Shown: positions 1-12,375, counted from the stretch's first letter. The stretch: DNA of 64,000 nt from Moniliella sp. 'wahieum' (GCA_003971905.1 RSEE01000082.1:186001-250000); one strand, 5' to 3'. Notes: a model not told the origin generated them from the letters alone. Made by a program: numbers and translations.

Positions 1-26
1 GAGAGAGAGAGAGAAAGAGAGAGAGA
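1..26. repeat. (GA)n microsatellite, truncated by the window edge
   Basis: gagagagagagagaaagagagagaga at the window start. Confidence 0.9.
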
Positions 27-260
27 AGGTCAAGCAGTCGGACTGTTCGCTCGTCCTTCTCGTCCTTCTCCTTCTTTGGCCGTACCTGGAGCACTGGACG
101 CGGTCGGGGCAGAGGAAGGCGCGCTGGGCGCGATCGGGGCAGGGGAAGGTCCACTGGAGCCCGCTGCAGAGCAGAGCGGGCCATCTTATCCAGAGTATCC
201 TTGTCGGACACGTATCCCTCCTCGCCGCCGGGTGTGGCGCGGATCGGTCCAAAAATATCG

Positions 261-3200
261 TCAAACACGTTCTCGTCCGGGGCGCGCAGCGGCCCCAGAT
301 CCGCCGGGTGCCCGCTGCGTCCACTGCAGCGCGAGCCTGAGGCGAAAGCGCAGCGAGCGCGGCGAGACCGAGCGCGAATGACGCGAACGTCGACGGAGCC
401 AGGTAGGGTCGAGCTGGGTGAGCGCCTGGTGGCGCGCGGCATGGATGCGCGCTTGTCGCTCCGTTTCCCAGATGGCTTCAAAGGTGGCGGTGAGGTTCTT
501 CAGGCCCCAGAGGTAGCCTGAATCGGGCCCATCGGGGTGCGAAGGCGCAAAGCGAACGACGGGACGCGAAAGCCATTCAGCAAATGCCTCCTCTTCCAAT
601 GCATCCTGCGCCTCGTACAGCGCTTCCTTGTCGGCGTACAAGTCGGCCTGGGCCGACCAGGCGTATCGCTCCTCCTCCTCCGACTGGTTGGCCAAAGGGG
701 AAACGAATTCTCCCCGGGCATACGATAGTCCTTGCCCGTGGTCGAGTGGGCAAAATCAATGATGCGAATTTTCATCTCGCCGCGGTGGGGTTTGGTATGG
801 TGATGGTGGTGGTGGTGATGGTGGTGTTCCTTGCCCGGACGTGAGGGAGCACCTGCAGCCCCGGCAACGGTCCAAGCAGGGGGCACACCTGCCTTTCCCT
901 CGCGTACGCGCCGCTCAAAGTGGTTCATCAGACGCGTCTGCGCCGCACAGTCGCCATCGTAGATGAAGAGAAGCGACGAGGCATAGAAGCGGTAGCCGGG
1001 CAGCTGGTGCACGATCCGAGCCAATTGGCGCAGCTGCGCCACAATGCCCGGCACATGATGGATGAGGAGCGCGGTGCCATTGTATAAAAAACCGGGCCAG
1101 GGCAGATTGGAACTCGGCAGGACGCACGGTGCGACCATAGTACTTGTCCTGGAACAGGTAACTCGAGCTTTCGCAGTTGAACACTTGCATCCCGCAGATC
1201 CTCGCTCCATGGGTCCGGGTCGTCGTTGCCGCCGCCTTGGCTGACTGCGACGCCCGCTTGGTATCGGTCGCATCGAGACTGTACTGCCGCATGCCCATTG
1301 AGGTCCAGCACGCACGGCGAACGCAGCCGGCCAGTCAAATCCTCCATCAACAAAAGTACCCCGATCGAAGCAGTTTCTCATGGCCGCCGGCATCGAGCCA
1401 AGAAAGGTGCGTGCCCTCCCTCTTCTCGTGGGCCACAGGCTCTTCTCTCTCCCTTTCCTCCTCCCCTCCCCTTCTCCTTCCCTTCTCCTTCCTCCTCCCC
1501 TTCCTCCCCATTGTGCTCCTCAGCCAAGTCCAGTGTTGAACGGGGGGGAGTAGGCATGCCCTCGGATGGATGCAGGTCGTCCATTTCGAACATACCATCG
1601 TGTCCAGCCGGCAGGACAGTTTCCCTCCTCTCCCCCACCTCAGCTGGTTGGGAATGGGAAGGTGGGGATGGGGCTGAAGGAGAACGTGTCGGAAGGGCGT
1701 CCCTGCCCGGGCGGTAAGGGGTCGATCCCTCGGACTCGTAGGCGCCGAAGGGTTCGGGGACCGGATGGAGGTGTTGGAGGAAGCAGGAGTGAGTGGGTGA
1801 GGGGGAGGAATGCGAGATGGCGCAGCAACGGGAGGAGGGGTGCGCCTACGTGGGTGCTCTGCCGACATGGAAGCATGACCGCGCTCGGTCGACTGAGCTC
1901 GGCTGGTGGATCCGGGGCGGGTGGAGGAGTGGGAGCGTGAGTGGCTCGACCCAGCACGGGACGAATGCGTGCGTCGACGAGCAGCAGCAGTCGGGTCGCG
2001 CAAGTTGGACGCCGAGAAGACTTCGCGCAACACCTGCGCTTGCAACCGACGATTGACCGCGGTGCTCCGCGGCCAAAAACGCAAGCCTGACTGCCAGGCG
2101 GGTGGGTGCTCGGTGTGCCCGGGGTCGAAGGGCGCGGGACGCCTCCTGGACCTACGGTCGCCGGAGCGGTAGCCAGCCCAACAGGCGTGCGGATCGGTGT
2201 ATGAGGGACAGATTGTCGCCCCTCGCTCCGTGCCGGGGAACGATGGGCGCGGGGAGAGCTAGCGGAGGCAGGGGGGAATGAGGACTGCTAGAGAAGGGAA
2301 TGCGGGAGCTTCGACCAGTTCGAGCATCCGAATCGGATAGGACACCCGAGTCGTAACTTCGTCTCGCCCCATTTGCTGCACCCAAGTGGCCATTCGAGGA
2401 CGAAGGCGGGCCGGGGGGCGAATGGGCATGGATGCGGGAATGGCCACGAGGATGCTCCAGCGCCCATAGGGTTGGAAGGGGGGAATGAGGTTGACTCCCT
2501 TCGTGTTCCCCCTCGGTGCCCAATACCCACTCGGGCATCAGGTGTCGGTTCATCTCCACTGCCACCTCGGGAACCTCCACATCATCCATGTTCTGGCCCT
2601 TGAAAATCTTGCGCCTGGGGGGTAGGCCGGGGGTGCCGGGTCGGGTAGAAGGGGTGCCGCCGTGGTGGGGGGCAGGACTGGAGGTGGGGTCACGGGTGTA
2701 GGGGGACGAGGGGGAAGGTTCATCGGTAGTGGTGGCGGGATGCTCCTCATGGTCTACGGGGCGGAAGGAGACGTTGAGCACGCCCAGGTAGCGCGGAACG
2801 AATCGAAGCAGTTGGCGTCCATTGAGTTCCAACGACTCGTAGAACTGGTTCTCGCGCGACACGAGCGGCTTGCACACTGCGTGGCTCGAAAACTGGAAGA
2901 TGGAGCTGTGACCACCGACTTGGTTGTAGAATGGCTGAAGCTGTATCACCGTCGGCAGTTGTCCCGCCTGATCCTCGTCCTCGTCCACCGATGCACTCTG
3001 GTCGTCCGAAAGAGGGAGCGATGAACCAGCGCCCCCGCGGAAAGAGGAGCTTGCGCTCCTTGTATCCGCTCCCACTCCTCGGCGGGGGGCAGACGGAATG
3101 GAGATGGACGGGGTCTGGGAGGCGGCAGGAGAGTCGTGTTCGGCATCATCATTCTCATCCTCAGCAGCCTCATCCTCCTCCTCAGCCGCATCATCTTCCC

Positions 3201-4304
3201 CGTTGGCGGTGGAGAAACTGTCGGTATCGGATGAGGAGTACGAAGAGAGCTCCGTGTCGGTGGTGGATAAGGCATGTTCAGGAACAGGGGCGCGTGGGGG
3301 CACAACGTCGGGATGGGGTCGCGTCGTCGAGGCAGCGGGCTGGCTAGGGGAGATGGACAGAGGCGGTGGGCTACCGGACGGAGAAGGAAGTGCAGCGCGC
3401 TTCTCTGCAGGGGGACGGTGCGTGATGGAGACGAGCTCCGGATTGACCCGGGCCAGAAGCGCCAGGGGGTGGCAGGTTCGGCGGGAGAGGGCTGGAGCGC
3501 GTCCCTGGTAAACTGCACGGTGCGTCGGCGGGGCGAGGGGGCGAGGTGGTAGCGACGGTGGCGGCGCGGGAGAGGTGAGTTGGGGATGGGGGTGGGACTG
3601 GGACTGGCCTTGGGCGGCGGCGGCACCAGCGGGGGGCGGCGGCAGCGGCGGGACGGAGCCGGGTGGTTTGGGGGGCTGTCTTTGGCGTGCTTGCTGGACG
3701 CAGAGCCGGCGAACAAGTGGAGGGAGACGGAGGCCTTGCGCCCAGAGGCGTGCACGGCGGGAGAGGGCAGGGCCATGCCATAGTCGCCGTGCGCGGCAGG
3801 CGCGTCGTGCTGGTGGCTGGGCGAGCGGAGCTCGGGCCGCGGGCCAAAGGAGACGGGCTCGGGCGCGGCGGAGGCGGGGGTGGCGGTGGGGGCGGCGGCG
3901 CAGCGGCGGTGGGCTTGGATGCGCTCATGCGCACGCGGGGCGAGCGCACCAGGCCGCCATCGGCCCTGCCAGCCTGCGGCGGGGGGCTCCATTCGACCAC
4001 CGGCTCCCACGACGGCGGCACGGAGGGGGTGCGGGCCGGTTTGGAGGAGGAGGAGGCGGTGGCGGGGGCGGGCCGGGCGGGGCGCGCGGGGCGGAGGAGG
4101 TGAGGAAGTCGTAGGGGAGCGGATGTGGATGCTGCCGGGGGCGGTGGGGGCGGACGTGGAGGCGGGGGGGCGGGGGCGGCGAGGGCGACGAGGGCGGGGG
4201 GCGAGGGCGGCGAGGGCGGGGGCGCGCGGCGACGCAGGGGACGCGGGCGACGCGGGCGGCGATGCCCAGGAGAAGGCGGACAGCGGCGGAGGCGCGCGGC
4301 TCAT
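261..4304 (-). CDS. KCS1: Inositol polyphosphate (IP6) kinase, Kcs1/IPK family; split across frames by consensus indels; both ends approximate
   Basis: IPK motifs in order across ORF pieces: LQPFYNQVGGHSSIFQF..VCKPLVSRENQFYE (2152-3303), LMEDLTGRLRSPCVLDL(K)MGMRQY (PxxxDxKxG, about 1350-1280), ARICGMQV, FYASSLLFIYDGD, IRIIDFAH, PDSGYLWGLKNL. Long Pro/Ser-rich N-terminus, probable ATG at 4304 (MSRAPPPLSAFSW). Confidence 0.92.
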
Positions 4305-5866
4305 CGTGCTCGTGGCGGGCTGGCCATGCAGCAGCAGCCGGGGGCGGGGCGGCGGTGGCGGAGCGCTCTGCTGGGCGTCCCACCATCGGCCGCATCCAAG
4401 GCAACGCAGCCAGCCGCACCGCCCGCCCGCACCACACCAGTCTCGCCCAGCACCTGCCCCGTGCAGCGCCCGCAATGTTCCGAACCGACCATCGGTACCG
4501 GCCGATCACCCATCCATCCCATCCCATCCCGCCTTCTCCGCCGCTGCTCTGCCGCCTGCCCGCCCACCCACCGCGACCACCACCACCTCCTCCTCCGCCG
4601 CCGCCGCCGCCGCCGGTTGGCACGCACGCCCTCCGTGCTCCCGCCCGCCCTCCTCCTCGCCATGGCCAACCAAACAAGCTACAGGCAGTGCGCCTAGCAG
4701 ACCAGCGACGGTCGCTCCCTCACGCTCACCGCTCGCATGCGGACGCCGGTGACGCGCCGGACGCTCCAGCGAGCCCGAACGATTCGTGATGGAGAACCGG
4801 GAGAACCGGGGGGAGACGTGCACGCACGTGCCCACTACGCCCAGCGTAGATCGACAAAGGCCATCGATGTGACATCCATTCCATCCTCCGTCCTTGTCTG
4901 CTACCTTTCTGGCCGCGCCCTTCTCCAGACGGGACGAACGCGGTTTGGGCATGCCGGGCAAGCCGGGCCGACGAGGCGATGGGGCACCCAGAAATGGCGG
5001 TTAAACATTCAACGGGTGGCCCAGCACAAACAGACAGACACGCCGACGAGGGGAGACGGTGGCGGAGGCGATTCCTATGGGTCACATGGCCCTGCATGGC
5101 GCTTCTTGTCTGCTGAGGGTAAAGTCACCAGCGCCCCAACTAACCCATTCCATCAGTTCCAATGCGGCGGCCAATCAAGTCTGCGATTGAATGAACGAAA
5201 CAGGTGGCATGCGATGATGCGGGTCTTTACTGGCCCTGCGCCACCACCTTTTGGTGGACAAAGTGCAGTGCCCAAGTAAAGTACTAACTACACCAACATG
5301 CACGGCGCGCATCCTGCGCCCTTCTGCCTGTCCCACCCCCCTCCTTGCCTCCTTAGACTGCTCGCCACACAACATTGCGAAACAGTCCGCGTCCTGTGGG
5401 CACCCTGGCGTCTTGATTGCCCCGTGGTCGCATCCCCCCTGTCGTCTTTCCACCACGCAAGCGCCACTGCTTCCACTCCCGTTGCTCCTTGCCCATAACA
5501 GCCGTGGGGGGAGAGACTTACTCGCTGCAGTGTACCGCTCTTTCAGCGATTCGTCGGTGCCATCAGATCCGGGCAAAAACGACCATGTAGAGCGAACCAG
5601 CAATTCCCATCAGCATCAGAGAGGTTTCATGGAAAGAGACGTACTACAGACATGCATACGAGGCCCATATAACCCCGCCCTAAGGGAAAACAGAAACGAA
5701 GAGAAAGTGCACCTCGGAAGACAACTGAGGCCCTTTATTCCATAGGGGAGAACAACCGCGCTAAATTGGACAAGGGACTGTTGCGACACAGCAAGACGGG
5801 GAGAAGGAAAGAAAAGGAAAGAAAAATGGAGACAGAAAAAGATATCCCCTAAGGGAGTGCCAACGA

Positions 5867-6740
5867 TTACTCCAGGCCAAGTGCGTGGAGGAGGTACGGA
5901 AGTCCAAGGAAGTTCTCCAGCTTGCCAACCGCGCCGCCAAGCAGGGTGTTGTCCAGGACATCCTCAAGAGCCGTGACGCCTGTACAGAGGAGCCGAAAGA
6001 GAAAACAAGAACGGAGAACAGAAAAAAGAGGGAACGTATTAGTACCTCGTGTTTGCATCAACGTAACACCACTCCCGCGTGAAGGAGAAAAGAGTGTAGT
6101 GTCTCAAGCAACACCAATTGAACGCGATAGAAAAAAGAGAACATACCAATCTTGTCGTCAATGAGCTTGACCAGGTGCAAGATCTTCTCCAGAACCCCAT
6201 CTGGCACACAACCGTTGACGAGACCGAGGCCCAACTCGGCCTTGGTCAAACCAACTTCCTCCTCCAGCTTGTCCTGTACATCCACAACATACAGATGTAA
6301 TAGTACCCACTTCGGTTAGCCTTTCTACATTCTCTGTTTTCTGCTTGCACCAACCGCAGCACGGCACGGCACGTAGAGTGAGGGAGGAAATGCGCATGTG
6401 GACATACCAAAGAACCACCCAGTGCACCATTCAGCGCATTTTCAACCGCCGTGATCCCCAAGCCCTTCTCAATCAGAGCCACGAGCTGGCCAACAAGTAC
6501 TGAGTAATGTCTGACGCGCTGACGTATGATGCAACAGATGTGCCACACTTGTCTGTGCAACGCATCTCCGCTTTTCTACTGTATCATCGTGCCTAGTTTG
6601 GATACTCTGCTTCCTCTTTTGTTTTTCTGTGTTTCTGTGTTTCTCTTGCCTCACTTCCCCCCCCTGAAAGGGACGGTGAGATGAACGTCGACGAGGATAT
6701 CGATGATGCCCAGTCGACCCCAACGCTGGCCCGCAGGCTA
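5867..6740 (-). CDS. Small multi-exon Leu/Gly-rich protein with two internal repeats of about 45 aa; 5' exon and start not found
   Basis: Canonical introns (GTATGT donors near 6406 and 6146, GCTAAC branch, TACAG acceptors near 6274 and 5980) join LVGQLVALIEKGLGITAVENALNGALGGSL / DKLEEEVGLTKAELGLGLVNGCVPDGVLEKILHLVKLIDDKIG / VTALEDVLDNTLLGGAVGKLENFLGLPYLLHALGLE* in frame. Confidence 0.7.
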
Positions 6741-6771
6741 TATTTGACTCTCAAGGTTCCAATGCCTCTCC

Positions 6772-6828
6772 TCAAGCTTCAAGCTTCAAGCTTCAAGCTT
6801 GATCACTGCATGTCACAAGCTTCAAGCT
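6772..6828. repeat. (TCAAGCT)x4 heptamer array (AAGCTT palindrome + 1 nt)
   Basis: ctcaagcttcaagcttcaagcttcaagcttga, plus a further copy at about 6816-6828. Confidence 0.9.
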
Positions 6829-7196
6829 CTATAGTCACCCGGGGTTCTTATGCCCTGTGGAGAGGAAGGGAGAGCCACTTAATTAATCATTGCTCTTCCG
6901 TTATTCCGAGCGGCTACTTAGCACTTCAGATGCCAGAAGGACCGGTTGCTGGCATGTATGCGATACGGTTATACTACGACCTCTCTGCCTTCAATGGGAC
7001 CTTCATCCATGCATACCCAATCAACGTAATCAACAGTGTTGCATTACTATCAACCGAGGCCTGAATCGATTGCCAATGGTGTGGATCAGAAGTGGCTTAG
7101 TAGTATGACAGGAAAAGCGAGAGGGGTATGGTGAAGAGCAGCTATGTTCAAGGTGGGTAGGGAAGAATCCAAACGAGGGTGTGTGGTTTCAAGGCC

Positions 7197-10017
7197 TCAG
7201 AGGGCAAGATAGAGACTGGGTGAATCGGTCAAGTTCGGTTCGTCGCGCAGTCGCGTCTTCCAACGTGACCTTTCCGCCCAAGGGTGGGACTGCGTGGTCA
7301 CCCGCTCGTCCTGCCAAAACGGTATAGGAGAGAAGGCCGTCCCCATGTTGGTTCCGGCATGGTGAGGCGGGGAGACTCGGCCAAGTGGGAAAGACAAAGG
7401 CGAAGAAGTGTATGGGCCCTAAGGGCTGGAGGAAGTAGGCTCAGGAGTTGGAACAGGGAAAGGGGAGTTCGAGGCACGATGGGATTTACGTGGTTGCCCT
7501 ACCACGGGAATCGGCAGATTTTCTGACGACGCTAGGATGGTGACCCCCATATGGAGACGATGGGAAGAACCATGGGCCCGCACCGGTCTTCCTTCCGAAT
7601 TGGCTGCAGAGTGCTCACCCGTTGGAGGGAGCACGACGTTACTTCCCTCCGCCGCGGGGTTAGGGCGAAGACGCGAAGTAGTAGACATGATGTACTCTCC
7701 GTTATTCTTCATCCCTTCGTTTTCTACATCCGCCATGGATGATGGGAGTCCGGGAGAAAGCGTCAGGGTGGCAGACAGAGCACCCTTGCGCTTAAGCCTG
7801 TCTTTTCCATTTGGCTCGGGCAACTGACCTTGGGCCCCGTTGAGTTTACGGGTAAGGTGTTTGATCTCTTCATGCAAACGCTTCCGTTCCTTGCGCAACG
7901 ACGTTTCTGCCTCCCTGATCCGGTCTCGCTCGGCCCAAGCGACGATGGTGTGGGTCTTGCTGCGAAGAAAATGTTGTTGGGGCCCAACCACGCAGCCAGG
8001 ACGCATCAACCGCATCCACCCCATGGCCTCGTTGGCATCAAACCCGTACTTGTAGATCAAGTAACTGCCAATTAGCACCCTGTCCGTCCCAGGCCTGCTT
8101 TGCAATGGACTGCAACAACGCCCCCGTCGGCGGTGACGGTGCGAATGCGGCGGAGAAAAGTACGCAGAATGTGGTCGGTCGGTAGGATTGGAGCCATCTT
8201 CAAAGTAGAGATCGAGATGGTCGATCCCCGCCTCGGTGAACAATGCGGGATCATACAGCGCTTCATTCAGTCGCACGACCAGTTTAACATTGCGGGAGGT
8301 AAAATCGGACAGAAGACGGTCACGCATCTGGTCCCACATGGAAAACGAGGCGCTCTCTTCAACCGAATCGGGAGTAAGGGTGAGGTACTGTTGAGAAAAG
8401 CCAGAAGCCTGGTTGGCATTCGCATCGGGTTGCTGAACGATGCCTTGTTCTACCCCCTTGCGAAAGCGCGGGTCTTGGGGCGAGGCAAACGCGATCACAT
8501 TGGGTGTGATCCAGGACCAGTCGTTGTTGGTTGTGCGTTCGCTGTAGAGGTACTCGCAGAGGTCAAATCTCTCAATATCAAAAAGGTGGTTCAGCGTTAC
8601 GGCTCGCCAAGCGCCGTAGACCACATCTTGTAACGACAACCCATAGTCAGCCTTTCCGTACCCAGCATCTCGAAAAGGCTCAAGTTCGAGCTATAATATG
8701 CATGATAGAATGCGTTAGCTCTGTTCACAGAAGGGGAAAGGCAATAGCGGGTACGCACCGTGCAAAAGGGGTGCAACGCCTCAGCTGGAGGTTTATCCTC
8801 AATTAGGACCATGCGCAGGGCAAGCAGAGCGACCGCATTGGCCTTCACCCGGGGGGCGGGTGGAGGTGTAGAAGACGATGCCATGGTCGATAAGGTCCGG
8901 CCGCTGGAGACAAAAAGATTAGTGTCCATGCCAGTACACAGAGAGCGGTTCAACTGGCGTGGTGGCAGTGGAAGCGGTGGGGTAGACGCGGTCTCATGGG
9001 AGAAGCGGGGAGGAACGGGGAGGAGCGGGATGCTTACCGTGAGCATGTCATGCAAGAGAACACAGAACTGATAGACGAGCGACATGTTGAGTGGTCCCCA
9101 GTCATCAAAAAGGGAAGGTGAGCAAAATTGGTGGCCGTTGCCTCAGAGCAGTGTGGTGGAGCCTTGGGCTTGCGGTCAACGGTAAACCAGTAGAACTTGG
9201 ATTCAATTGGCCTGGGAGACCAGACGGAATCAAATGACGTCCCCCTGACGAAGGCAGCGTTCTGCGGCGGCGGAGCATTCATTCCTGCCGATTTCGGTGC
9301 CGCGTGCGGGAAGATGGCATGCCGCGTTCCATCATGCGCATTCAGCAAGGAGGGGGAGGGAAGGGGAGAATCGAACATGGCAAAGTATATGCGCGAGCTT
9401 GCTTGAATCAAGGGCTGGGCCAAAATAGGAGGTTCTCTGGCCCTTTTTGATACCGCGCCACCTTTTGAGATTGAAGCACGGGACTTGGGGGTGCTGGTGG
9501 AAGAGGGAAATGAGGTATTGACGAGGGTGGGGGAGGGAGGGCAGATGGCTTCTGATGCCGGCGGATCGTCATCGGTTAAAGGCCGTAGGCGTTTACGTGG
9601 CCGCTCGACTGGGCCATCATCGACATTGAATGCGAGGGGAAGCTCAACGCCGACGACGGATTGGTCTTGGGCAGTGGCGCTGCCGGGTATATCCAGTTCA
9701 TCGGGTATGCAGCAGTCTGAGGGGGAAGGGGAGGCAACACAGGTCAGGTCGCCCATATCGACCGGATGGGGGTCCAGAAGAGAGGCGGCGACGGTGCTGT
9801 TGTGCTGTGATGGAAGGAGGTCGAGAGGGTCTCTGGACGATGCTTGCGACATCATCGGAGGCGAGGGAGTACGAGACGATGAAGAGCGTGGCGAGGGTGT
9901 GTTGGCGGCGGGTGCGTTTAATACATCTGCCGTCGCTGCCTCTGATGAGGCAGCTGCGGTGGGCCGTGCCGAGACAGCAGGGGCTGTTGCCGTGGGGGCG
10001 ATGGAGATGGTTGTCAT
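7197..10017 (-). CDS. CDC14: Cdc14 dual-specificity protein phosphatase (intron 8904-9037; several consensus frameshifts; 3' end approximate)
   Basis: SRIYFAMF; F(F)DDWGPLNMSLVYQFCVLLHDML; NDWSWITPNVIAFASPQ; VVRLNEALYD; DLYFEDGSNP; catalytic AVHCKAGLGRTG (8072-8266); GWMRLMRPGCVVGPQQHFL. Confidence 0.95.
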
Positions 10018-11419
10018 CCTCGCCTGGCCCTGCGATGGCGACGAAGGGGGAAGGGGAGGCGGAGGGTTGGTTGGTTAAAGGCGAGAAGGCGTTGACAAGT
10101 ACAGACGGTCAATAGCAGGGCAACGCCCCTGGAGCGCGGCAGGGGGTTGTGGCCCCAATGCGCCCTGGGTGTATTTTAGTGTTGCGCTCAGGCCGAGTGG
10201 GTGATAATGACGGATGACTCTCACGCGTCACGCCTCACACCGCCTTTTAAAGTACCCCCGTTCCGCCCCCGCCTTGTTCCGCTAAAGTGCTTACGTCAGA
10301 TGCGTACTTGAAACTTGCCGCCTGCAGCTTGCTTTGCTGGCCAAGCGAAGCGATCCAAAACGCAGCTGCTGGCAGGCTGGTTTGCCTCTGCTTGCGTGTC
10401 CATGTCACCAGCACCGCTGTCGGTGACGGTGCGCCTCCAGTCGAGCTTGTACGATTGGAAGCCCACGTTCAACGCGGTGTGTCACAGCCTCATGTCACAT
10501 GTCACAGGACGCTCGGTGCACCACGGGTGCCCCAATGCCCAGCGTCCAACGCGCACCGCCATGGGCGGAGGTGATATGGCGATGCCGGTGATAGCAAGCG
10601 CTGGGCGCAGCTTTCCCAGTTGGAAATCAGAAGTTGAAATGTTGCGGCTTACTTCGTTGCCTTGGGATCGACGAGCGTGTTCCGGACTACCATCAGAAAA
10701 AGAGGGGACACATCGAAGGTCCAACCCCATCTCCATCTTCACGTCGCCTCCATCTTCGCTAGCAGCCTGTCCTCCACGTCGCTCGTAGCGTCTTTCAACG
10801 GGGCCAACAAGGGCCAAGTTCCTCTTCCCGCAACACTGGCAATCCCCGGTCACTCACACTAGACTAGTACTTGAAGTCAGTCACACCGTCACGACTGGCG
10901 AAAAGTCTCATCGGAGTACCCCATCACTCGCATCACTCTATCCCAGAAGGCCAAAGGACGCGTAACGCAAGCGCCAGGAACATTGCTCTGCCAAACTTGA
11001 GGTGCTCTTGTCCTCTCCGTCACTGAAGGTGTGACTCGTCTCCAGTTGCATCATCGACATCCTCGCATTTCCCGCCCAGATCGCTGGCCATTATGCATTA
11101 TCGATCAACTGAGGGATACTGAGGTATGAGGGGGAGATCCACAACAGAGACCGAGTGACTAGTGAATGTTCACGACGTTCACACCGGTTTCCAGTGCCGC
11201 CGGTTACCGTTTACATCCAGCCCCACAGGACTCTCTCAGTACCCGAATCCTTCAGAAGCTCATTCGGGTTAGCAGCTTGCAGGCGAACCATTGCATCAGT
11301 AGCAAACTGCCGAAACGTGCCCGTCGATTCATACACGCCGCCTCACCGGCCTCAGGCCTCATCCGTTCAACGTTGTTCAACAATCAACTGAGCGTTCGTT
11401 CAACAAACGTTGACCGGCC

Positions 11420-11466
11420 TTGAAGCTGAAGCTTGAAGCTTGAAGCTTGAAGCTTGAAGCTTGAAG
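11420..11466. repeat. (TGAAGCT)x6 heptamer array (AAGCTT palindrome + 1 nt)
   Basis: ttgaagctgaagcttgaagcttgaagcttgaagcttgaagcttgaag. Confidence 0.9.
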
Positions 11467-11720
11467 AGTGACCACCCCAAGTGAAGAACAAATCTGCACG
11501 ACGTGTGTGTGCTTGCTGGGTGTGCCTGGTGTGCATGTGACGGATGTGACCATCGTCGGGGACTGCAGCGACGGTACAGAACGTAGAGGTCCACTGTGTG
11601 CGCACCAGAAGGCTCAGCCTGAGCTCGGTACCCTTGGTCCAGCCCATTCAGACGCCGCAAACGCCACCACCACGCAATCCACACCACTCCCACCCGCCCC
11701 TCGCCAGCTGCTCTAGGGCC

Positions 11721-12375
11721 ATGCGTCTCCCCGTGGCCACTGCCACTGCCTTGGCCAGCGCCATGCTGGCCGCCGCCTCGCCCGTCGCCAGCGCCCCGGC
11801 TGCGGTTGCGCGTAGCTATACTCCTACCGCCAAGTTCGACATGAAGGGCTGCGTTTCCTCACCCCTTACAACTTCAACAAAAACCACGGCCGAGGCATGT
11901 GGTTCGTCGAGTTCTACAGCCCCAAGTGCAAGTGTACGTCCCCCCCACTTTCCTCCTCACTTCTCGCTCCTGGCTGGCGAGGGCACTTTTCGAGAGTCTT
12001 TGGAGCGCTAACTGTTAGGGCCTGGTTCTCCCTCTTGATCCCTCCACGCCCAGACTCTCGCCACTTCATGCCAACGTGGAAGGAACTGTGTGGGGCTAGC
12101 GCCCGGCTGGAGAAGTCGAGTTCCTTCTACATGGCTCGTGTCAACTGTTTGGACCACGGCGAGCTGTGCGACCAGGAGGATGTGGAACTGTACCCCACCA
12201 TGCGCCTGTACGACGAAGGAAAAATTCGTTACCAACTACCTGGGCAGCCGCCAATACTCCATCCTTCACCTGGGTTTTTGGTCAGGCGACGAACACCGTC
12301 GCCACCAAAAATCGTCGTGGTTTTTCGGATGGTAATGAGTTCTGCTGGCTCCTTTTGACCAGTACAACTATATGA
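11721..12375 (+). CDS. Secretory-pathway thioredoxin/PDI-family protein with a single Trx domain and a CKYS active site (intron 11934-12053; 3' end approximate)
   Basis: Signal-peptide-like MRLPVATATALASAMLAAASPVASAP. Then MWFVEFYSPKC-K-Y-S-RHFMPTWKEL after splicing (GTACGT..GCTAAC..CAG), and FYMARVNCLDHGELCDQEDVELYPTMRLY with the cis-Pro motif YPT. Confidence 0.8.

Noticed and set aside
4740..5750. ORFs upstream of KCS1
   Set aside because: No motifs, splice pattern or codon-style support; likely promoter or intergenic DNA.
10290..11400. Possible gene between CDC14 and the thioredoxin gene
   Set aside because: Only short protein-like minus-strand fragments with multiple stops and no recognisable motif; it may be decayed coding DNA but cannot be supported.
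6772..11466. GAAGCTT arrays as heat-shock elements
   Set aside because: HSEs need alternating nGAAn units with 5-bp period. These have 7-bp period and share their geometry with unrelated palindromes.
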